Part shown: positions 57,959 to 64,000 of the stretch, piece after piece
How positions within the stretch are numbered: position 1 is the first letter of the stretch
Layout of the letters: each line of letters opens with the position of its first letter
Assembly: GCA_026417875.1 (NCBI GenBank)
Contig: JAOACK010000005.1
Location: 5,062 to 69,061, forward strand
Length of the DNA: 64,000 bases
Source: Thermodesulfovibrionales bacterium
Lineage (GTDB): Bacteria; Nitrospirota; Thermodesulfovibrionia; Thermodesulfovibrionales; CALJEL01
Direction: 5' to 3'
Position numbers and translations under genes: made by a program
Notes under the pieces: model-generated
What the model was told of the DNA's origin: nothing
The model's database searches: none
What the model saw: the letters and a program-made list of their open reading frames with translations, nothing else

Positions 57959-60900
57959 AAAATACCTCCTTGATTGCCACGGAATAAAGGTAAAAATATT
58001 TTAAAACTTGTACCTTTCCCTATAACTGTCTCTACTTCTATTCTTCCGCCATGTTCATCGATGATCCTCTTGGTAATAGCCAGACCGAGTCCTGTACCAC
58101 CTGCTTTTGTCGTGAAAAAGGGATTAAAAATATTTGGCAGATCCTTTTCATTTATTCCAGGACCTGTATCCTTTATAATTATAACACCCTCTGAATTCTT
58201 TTTGTCAGTAATTATTGTAATAATACCATCTCTTTCAATTGCCTGAATGGCATTGGTAAAAATATTGATTACTGCTTCCTTTATTCTTCCCGCATCAACT
58301 GGAAGTCTCAAAAATGTGTTGTATTCCTTCCTGACCTGTATTTTTCTGTTATTCAATTCTTCTCTATAAAGGAGAACGATATCATCAAGAAGAGAATTTA
58401 TATCGGTCTCTTCAATGGCAAGTCCCATCCCCCTGACAAAGCTCAATATGTCATGAAGGATATTTTCAAGTCTGTTCACCTCTTTTGTGATTATCGACGC
58501 ATATTCTTTAAGTTTACCATCAAGTCTTGCTTCTAGCCTTCTTGCAAAACCTCCTACTGAAACAAGGGGATTTCTTATCTCATGGGCTACCTTTGCAGCC
58601 ACCTCTCCAAGAGCAGCCATCTTCTCCGATGCCTGAAGCATCTCCCTGAGTCTCTTTAATTCTGTTATATCTCTTACCACATGTACAGTTCCGAGAAAAC
58701 CACCTGTTGAATCAAATAATGGAGAGGTGGAAGAAAGACTGGTTATCCCTAAATAGGGATCCTCAAATTCCTCCACATAGGCTTTTTTATCTATTACTGT
58801 TTTATGATGAGGGCAATTTTCATAGGGTCTATCCATTCCATGAAAGACTTCATAACATTTTTTTCCAATAACAGCCTCCTTGGTCCATGTCCTTTCTATA
58901 CCCTCTTCCATGCATCTTTTATTCAACCTTTCAAGTACAGCCCTGTTTATGTTTTTTATAGTGTAATCAGCAGTAGTGATATAGATCATATCTGATATTG
59001 ATTCGAAGATATTTTCAAGCTCTGCTTCTGCAAGTCTTACCCTTTCAAAAAGTCTTGCATTCTCAATGGCTGCTGCCACCTGATTAGAAAAACCTGTAAG
59101 AAATCTTATATCATCCTCTGTAATGGGTCTTCTGTTAAAGAGATTATCAACCCAGAGAAGTCCTATTACCCTGTCCCTTGATATAAGAGGAACTACAGCA
59201 TAGGCCTCTGTTCCAAGCTGCTGAACAAGAACCGGGTCAGATAAAGGCTCGGTCTTTACATCAGTTATGTTGAATATCCTTTTTTCCTTTACAGATCTGG
59301 TAAGGACCGTGTCTTCTGAAAGAGGTATTTCTATATTAAGGGAAAGTCTGTCAAGAAGAGAGTCCTTTCTCAGGGGACCTGATTCTATTTCCTTCAAGAG
59401 ATCTTCAAGAGTCTTGCGCTCCATGGAAAGACTCGACCAGACCCTCCAGGCCTCTTCAGGACTTGACGGTCCAACACCCATTGCTCCCTTTAATATGCCT
59501 CTTTCTTCATCAACGAGAAAGAGAATTGCTCTGTTAAATCCAAGACCATCGCTCATGGTAACGGCTGTAAGAATCATCCTAAGAAGTCTGTCAAGCTCAA
59601 GGGTGCTTCTCATTGCAGAACTGATAAAAAAGAGCCTTGAAAGTTCCTGATTCCTCTTTGCAAGCTCCCGCTCATACCTCTTCTTTTCCGTAATATCCCT
59701 TGATATACCGCTTATTCCTATGATATTGCCGTAGGCATCCTTTATTGGAGAAAGGGTAAGACTGACCTCTATAACAGAACCATCCTTCCTCAGTCTGTAT
59801 GTCTCTATATCTTTTAAAACCTCTCCTCGCCTTATCCTTTCTGTATATTCTCTTTCGATGTCATATAGTCCTTGGGGAATAAATGGCAGGTATTTACCAA
59901 TGACCTCCTCTACCTTAAATCCATAAATCCTTTCAGCACCTTTATTCCAGGATGTGACAATTCCATTAAGGTCTGAGGTGACAATTGCATCAGCAGTGTT
60001 TTCAATAACACTCTCAAGATACTCCTTGGTCTGCATCACTTCTCTGTAAAGTCCCATGAGCTCTTCCTGATAAAGGACCCTCTCAGAAACATCCTGAATA
60101 AAAACTATCACCTCTTTTACTGAACCATCTCGGTCCTTTATTGGATAGGAGCTCAGCTCACTGTAGGAAAAGACATCCTTCGCCCTTACCCTCTGGGACA
60201 TGAAGTTAATCTCGCCTGTTTCAAAGGTTGCAGCAGCAACACAATGAGGACAGACTGGCGCAATCTCATGAAAGACCTCCCTTGAGTCCCTGCCAACAAG
60301 TACCTCAGGATGTTCAATCCAGTGTTCCATGTATTTATTTATGGATACTATCCTGAATTCTTTATCAAGAGTTACTATACCACCCCTTACACTATCAAAT
60401 AATATCTCCATCCTTCTTTTTGATTCTTCGGTTTCTCTCTCTCTATCTACAATCTGTTCGAAGGCCATTGCCTTATCAATATCTATGACCAGGAAGGGTA
60501 TGATTCCATGAGCAAGCTGGATATCCCTCTCTGTGAATACCCTTGTAGGTTTGAGTAGCAACTGACCTTTATAATCCTTTGCCTGAAAGGGGAAAGAAAG
60601 ATAGGGAGCCTCGGGTTCCACAAGACCCTCTTTTATTGCAGACAGCTCTTTCTGAGAGAAGAAATCCGGGGGATAGAAATAAAGCTCCTTTCCTTTTTCT
60701 ATCTCAATCCAGATCAGAGAAGGGGCATTGAATACCTTCCATATTTCATAACAGGACTTATTTAGAAGCTCACTTATATTTACCTCACCGGATATTGCCT
60801 TGCCGAATTCATAGAGGCTCCTAAATCTTTCATACCCTGCCTGCAGCTCTGAATAGAGTTCTGCATTTCTTATTATTGAGCTAAGGATATGAGAAAGAAC

Positions 60901-62043
60901 CTCTGAGCTGTATAGGTCATCCTTTATAAAGGAGTCAATATGTCTTCTCCTGAGAACAAGCAGACCTCTTAATTGGTCGTGAGAATAAAGAGGTGCTATA
61001 ATGGCTGATTCATGAATACCATCATAAATAAATCTTAGTTCTTCAGATGTTCCGATCCTGTTTGACCAGATCACTCCTGAGTCTTTGATAAATTCTATAT
61101 TATGATAAAGTATTTCTTTTATCCTGGATAACTCTGGATGGCTTGTGGAAAAAAGTTTAAATCTGTATTCTTCGGGCTCAAGCATGTATATCTCGGCAAG
61201 CGTATCAAATCCCTTTGATATCTTTAAGACCGTATGGTCAAGGTAATCTTTCAGATCAACACCGCTTACCGGTCGTGATACCTCAAGAAAAAGCTCTGCC
61301 GTCCTGAGTTTGAGTCTAAGTTTATCAACTATTTCATAGAACCTCTCGGCTATTATTCCGAATTCATCCCTTCCAAGCTCTACCCTGTAAGTAAGCTCAC
61401 CTCCTGAAATCCGCTCTGTAGCATCAAGAAGTTTTTTGAAAGGCCTGTCAATGGATCTTCTTAACATCAGCAGTAGAAATCCTGCAGCTGCAATGCTTAC
61501 TGTAAAAAGTGCGATTATATTTAAAAAGATATTCCTCTGAATATCCATACCCCTCTCTATGGCGCCATCAATAAGCCTTATAGATTCCATGTGCAATCTA
61601 TCAAGATCATCCTGAACAGATCTGTAGAAATCCATTATTCTCTGATAGTTTTTCTGTAAGTTCTTATCCGTGAACTCCTTTTTAAGAAGCCGGGAGGTTT
61701 CATCCGAAATACTTATGAGATTGCTTTTAATCCTCTGCACTGTTTCGGGAGATCTGCCCGAGCCTTCTATATCTCTCAGTATCGCCTTTATATTCTCCTC
61801 TCTCTTAAGAATAACAACCTTGAGATTCTCTGATCCTGTATTTACATATCTGGAAATAGCAGAGACATATGCTGTAAAGGCATCCTTCAGTTGCTCATCC
61901 TGTTTGTGGAAGGCATTTACATCGTGAAGTATAACTATCTCCTCTTTCAGCGTTAAAGAAAGGGAAATAAAGCCTATACCTGTTATAATAGTAAGACTGA
62001 GAAAGGCAATTAGAAAGAGTATTAATCTTGTTCTTAGCTTCAT
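57955..62043 (-). CDS. Large hybrid-architecture sensor histidine kinase (TM sensor, HAMP, GAF, multiple PAS, GAF, PAS, HisKA, HATPase_c)
   Basis: 1362 aa with two TM segments flanking a roughly 150-aa periplasmic region and a HAMP domain. The PAS cores include TSWNKGAERIYGF and ISGISRDITEKKR. The H-box is AKVAHEIRNPL, and the G-boxes are DTGPGI and GTGLGLAI. Confidence 0.85.
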   Translation of the reverse strand: MKLRTRLILFLIAFLSLTIITGIGFISLSLTLKEEIVILHDVNAFHKQDEQLKDAFTAYVSAISRYVNTGSENLKVVILKREENIKAILRDIEGSGRSPETVQRIKSNLISISDETSRLLKKEFTDKNLQKNYQRIMDFYRSVQDDLDRLHMESIRLIDGAIERGMDIQRNIFLNIIALFTVSIAAAGFLLLMLRRSIDRPFKKLLDATERISGGELTYRVELGRDEFGIIAERFYEIVDKLRLKLRTAELFLEVSRPVSGVDLKDYLDHTVLKISKGFDTLAEIYMLEPEEYRFKLFSTSHPELSRIKEILYHNIEFIKDSGVIWSNRIGTSEELRFIYDGIHESAIIAPLYSHDQLRGLLVLRRRHIDSFIKDDLYSSEVLSHILSSIIRNAELYSELQAGYERFRSLYEFGKAISGEVNISELLNKSCYEIWKVFNAPSLIWIEIEKGKELYFYPPDFFSQKELSAIKEGLVEPEAPYLSFPFQAKDYKGQLLLKPTRVFTERDIQLAHGIIPFLVIDIDKAMAFEQIVDRERETEESKRRMEILFDSVRGGIVTLDKEFRIVSINKYMEHWIEHPEVLVGRDSREVFHEIAPVCPHCVAAATFETGEINFMSQRVRAKDVFSYSELSSYPIKDRDGSVKEVIVFIQDVSERVLYQEELMGLYREVMQTKEYLESVIENTADAIVTSDLNGIVTSWNKGAERIYGFKVEEVIGKYLPFIPQGLYDIEREYTERIRRGEVLKDIETYRLRKDGSVIEVSLTLSPIKDAYGNIIGISGISRDITEKKRYERELAKRNQELSRLFFISSAMRSTLELDRLLRMILTAVTMSDGLGFNRAILFLVDEERGILKGAMGVGPSSPEEAWRVWSSLSMERKTLEDLLKEIESGPLRKDSLLDRLSLNIEIPLSEDTVLTRSVKEKRIFNITDVKTEPLSDPVLVQQLGTEAYAVVPLISRDRVIGLLWVDNLFNRRPITEDDIRFLTGFSNQVAAAIENARLFERVRLAEAELENIFESISDMIYITTADYTIKNINRAVLERLNKRCMEEGIERTWTKEAVIGKKCYEVFHGMDRPYENCPHHKTVIDKKAYVEEFEDPYLGITSLSSTSPLFDSTGGFLGTVHVVRDITELKRLREMLQASEKMAALGEVAAKVAHEIRNPLVSVGGFARRLEARLDGKLKEYASIITKEVNRLENILHDILSFVRGMGLAIEETDINSLLDDIVLLYREELNNRKIQVRKEYNTFLRLPVDAGRIKEAVINIFTNAIQAIERDGIITIITDKKNSEGVIIIKDTGPGINEKDLPNIFNPFFTTKAGGTGLGLAITKRIIDEHGGRIEVETVIGKGTSFKIFLPLFRGNQGGIL

Positions 62044-63491
62044 GGGTCTTTCCGGATTAAGAGATCATTAAAAAGTTTAATATATTTCTGAGCAGAATGC
62101 TTCCATGAAAAATCCTTTTTCATACTATCTTTTACTAAAGCTGACCACCTTCTCTTATTCTGAAAAACACACATAGCTCTTTTTAATGACTCAAGCATTG
62201 CCGAGCCATTATATCCACTGAACAGAAAGCCGCTTCCCTTTCCTGAAAGATGATTATAATCCTCGATTGTATCCTTGAGTCCGCCCGTAGCCCTTGCGAC
62301 AGGAATCGTACCGTATCGCATTGCAATCAGTTGGACAAGACCGCAGGGCTCGTATCTTGAGGGCATGAGGAATATATCAGAACCAGCATAGACCTTTCTT
62401 GCAAGTGAGTCATCATAAACCCTTTTAAAAAAGAAATTCTTTTTAAACTCTCTGTGCTTTTTGTCGAGACTTTGTTCAAAAGTCTTTTCTCCCTGACCTA
62501 TCATAACAAGACCGAAACCAGCTTTTATAATCTCTGGTAAAGTACTTTCAATAAGGTCAATACCCTTCTGAGAAACAAATCTTCCCACAAAGCCTATCAA
62601 AGGTTGCGAATCCCTGATCTCGATACCCAACTCCTTTATAAGTTTTTTCCTGCAGAATAATTTTCCCTTAAGAGAACTAAGACTGTATCTGTGGGGAATA
62701 ACAGGGTCAGTCTCTGGATTCCAGATGGAATAATCAATTCCATTGAGAATTCCATATAACCTTCCTGCCCGTTTCCTTAGCACACCATCAAGCCCGTAAC
62801 CATATTCTTCTGTAAGGATCTCCCTCGCATAGCTTTCACTCACTGTTGTTATTGCATCAGCAGAGATAATGCCTGCCTTCAGAAAATTGATCTTTCCGTA
62901 AAACTCAATACCCTCGGGATTGAAATACTCCAGACCTATTCCAGTGTATGGAAGTTCAGTCGGCGAAAAAAGACCCTGATAGCCCAAATTATGGATCGTC
63001 AGGACTGTCTTTGTATCTCTGAAAAAAAGATCATCTTTATAGAAATTTTTGAGATAGAAAGGGATAAGGGCTGTCTGCCAGTCATGGACATGAAGTACAT
63101 CAGGTCTTTTATTGAGGGTTTTAAAAAGCTTTATGGCAGCCCTTGAAAAAAAAGAAAACCTGATACAATTATCAAGGTAATCTCCAGCCGAGGTTCCATA
63201 AAGACCTTCTCTCATAAAAAACCTGTCACACCTCACAAAAAAAGCAGGATACTCCCTGTCCATTGATTCAATAACAGAAGCCTCTATCTTCTGAGATAAG
63301 ATATCCACGGAAAATCTTATGCCTGTATCAGAAAACCCTCCTGACTTCTCTACCGCTGAATAAAAAGGTAAAATAATCCATGCCTCATGGCCTGCTCTTC
63401 TGAACTCCTTAAGGAGAGCACCTGTGACATCAGCAAGGCCACCTGTCTTTGCATAGGGCACTGCCTCAGGTGTAACTATGAATATCTTCAA
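62040..63491 (-). CDS. glgA: Glycogen synthase (ADP-glucose type, GT5)
   Basis: 483 aa with the N-terminal AKTGGLADV motif and GT-B features throughout (PSRYEPCGL). Confidence 0.92.
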   Translation of the reverse strand: MKIFIVTPEAVPYAKTGGLADVTGALLKEFRRAGHEAWIILPFYSAVEKSGGFSDTGIRFSVDILSQKIEASVIESMDREYPAFFVRCDRFFMREGLYGTSAGDYLDNCIRFSFFSRAAIKLFKTLNKRPDVLHVHDWQTALIPFYLKNFYKDDLFFRDTKTVLTIHNLGYQGLFSPTELPYTGIGLEYFNPEGIEFYGKINFLKAGIISADAITTVSESYAREILTEEYGYGLDGVLRKRAGRLYGILNGIDYSIWNPETDPVIPHRYSLSSLKGKLFCRKKLIKELGIEIRDSQPLIGFVGRFVSQKGIDLIESTLPEIIKAGFGLVMIGQGEKTFEQSLDKKHREFKKNFFFKRVYDDSLARKVYAGSDIFLMPSRYEPCGLVQLIAMRYGTIPVARATGGLKDTIEDYNHLSGKGSGFLFSGYNGSAMLESLKRAMCVFQNKRRWSALVKDSMKKDFSWKHSAQKYIKLFNDLLIRKDP

Positions 63492-63514
63492 GGCTTACCC
63501 TCCTTGAAGGCTCC

Positions 63515-64000
63515 TTATATCTTTGCCTCTCTCATAAACTTTGCTGCCTCCTCAGGAGGAACAGAATTAATAAAGAATCCAGAACCCCACTCAAAACCAG
63601 CAATCTTTGTAATCTTTGGTGTTATCTCGATATGCCATCTGTAAAATTCATTTTCCTCCTCTGTAAAAGGGGATGTATGGAGCATAAAATTATAAGGTGG
63701 TATATCAAGGACAGCATCAATCTGCCTTAGAGTCCTCTGGAGTATCTCTGCAAGAAGCATAAAATCATTATTTCTGGGCTGAAAGTAACTCTGGTGATCC
63801 TTTGGAAGTATCCATGTTTCAAAAGGCGTTCTGGGAGCATAAGGTGCTATTGCTATATAACCGTCATTCTGTGAAACTACCCGCCTACCATCCTCAAGTT
63901 CCTGGGCTATGATATCACAGAATATGCATCGCTCCTTGAGGTCATAATATTTTTTTGCAGATTCGAATTCCTCCTTTACAGTTGCTGGCACAATAGGTAA
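63515..64000 (-). CDS. galT: Galactose-1-phosphate uridylyltransferase (C-terminal half; gene continues past the window edge)
   Basis: The HIT-like GalT sequence includes CIFCDII, APYAPRTPFETWILPK and HTSPF...YRWHIEI. The frame is open to position 64000 (…LPIVPATVKEE), so the GTG start in the track is an artefact. Confidence 0.8.
   Translation of the reverse strand, partial: LPIVPATVKEEFESAKKYYDLKERCIFCDIIAQELEDGRRVVSQNDGYIAIAPYAPRTPFETWILPKDHQSYFQPRNNDFMLLAEILQRTLRQIDAVLDIPPYNFMLHTSPFTEEENEFYRWHIEITPKITKIAGFEWGSGFFINSVPPEEAAKFMREAKI

Overview
This is an AT-rich bacterial chromosomal window of about 60 genes. I found no rRNA, tRNA, CRISPR array, transposase or integrase. The gene content suggests an anaerobic, deep-branching lineage, perhaps Nitrospirota or Thermodesulfovibrio-like, but that is a guess.

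Layout:
- 1-7.3 kb: c-di-AMP synthase pair (cdaA-cdaR) and a Cus/Czc-type heavy-metal RND efflux operon.
- 7.3-10 kb: a tightly coupled minus-strand operon. It holds a bacterial eRF1-like (baeRF1/Vms1-type) protein, two 'small ORF + minimal nucleotidyltransferase' cassettes and an AhpD-like (carboxymuconolactone decarboxylase, CMD) protein.
- 10.6-18.3 kb: a sigma-54-driven PilY1 and minor-pilin operon.
- 18.6-19.9 kb: coiled-coil and PD-(D/E)xK-like genes with near-identical tandem repeats.
- 20-27 kb: housekeeping genes (argB, mtgA, ilvE, acyl-CoA dehydrogenase) and an acyl-AMP ligase/carrier/PlsC fusion.
- 27.4-44 kb: the most striking block. It holds a Cys-rich sensor kinase, a PilZ protein and a sigma-54 activator. 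Alongside are five multihaem c-type cytochrome genes (about 40 CXXCH motifs), two NHL-propeller lipoproteins, a parvulin PPIase and a predicted outer-membrane beta-barrel. Consensus -24/-12 promoters and a recurring palindromic motif accompany these genes.
- Within that block, the largest cytochrome gene is interrupted by a +1 frame change and an in-frame UGA. A GC hairpin follows the UGA at SECIS-like spacing.
- 44-47.7 kb: mutS2, a decayed PLD-helicase remnant and an ArfB-like GGQ protein.
- 47.8-53.5 kb: an extracytoplasmic protease operon (TolB-like, M1-M28-PDZ fusion, M23).
- 53.5-54.3 kb: a second repeat-bearing nuclease-like paralogue with an in-frame TAG.
- 54.3-57.6 kb: a reductase / alpha-oxoamine synthase / GNAT operon reminiscent of bacterial ceramide synthesis.
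- 57.6-64 kb: a response regulator with a giant PAS/GAF kinase, then glgA and partial galT.

All functional calls come from reading the translations and recognising motifs. No database search was run.
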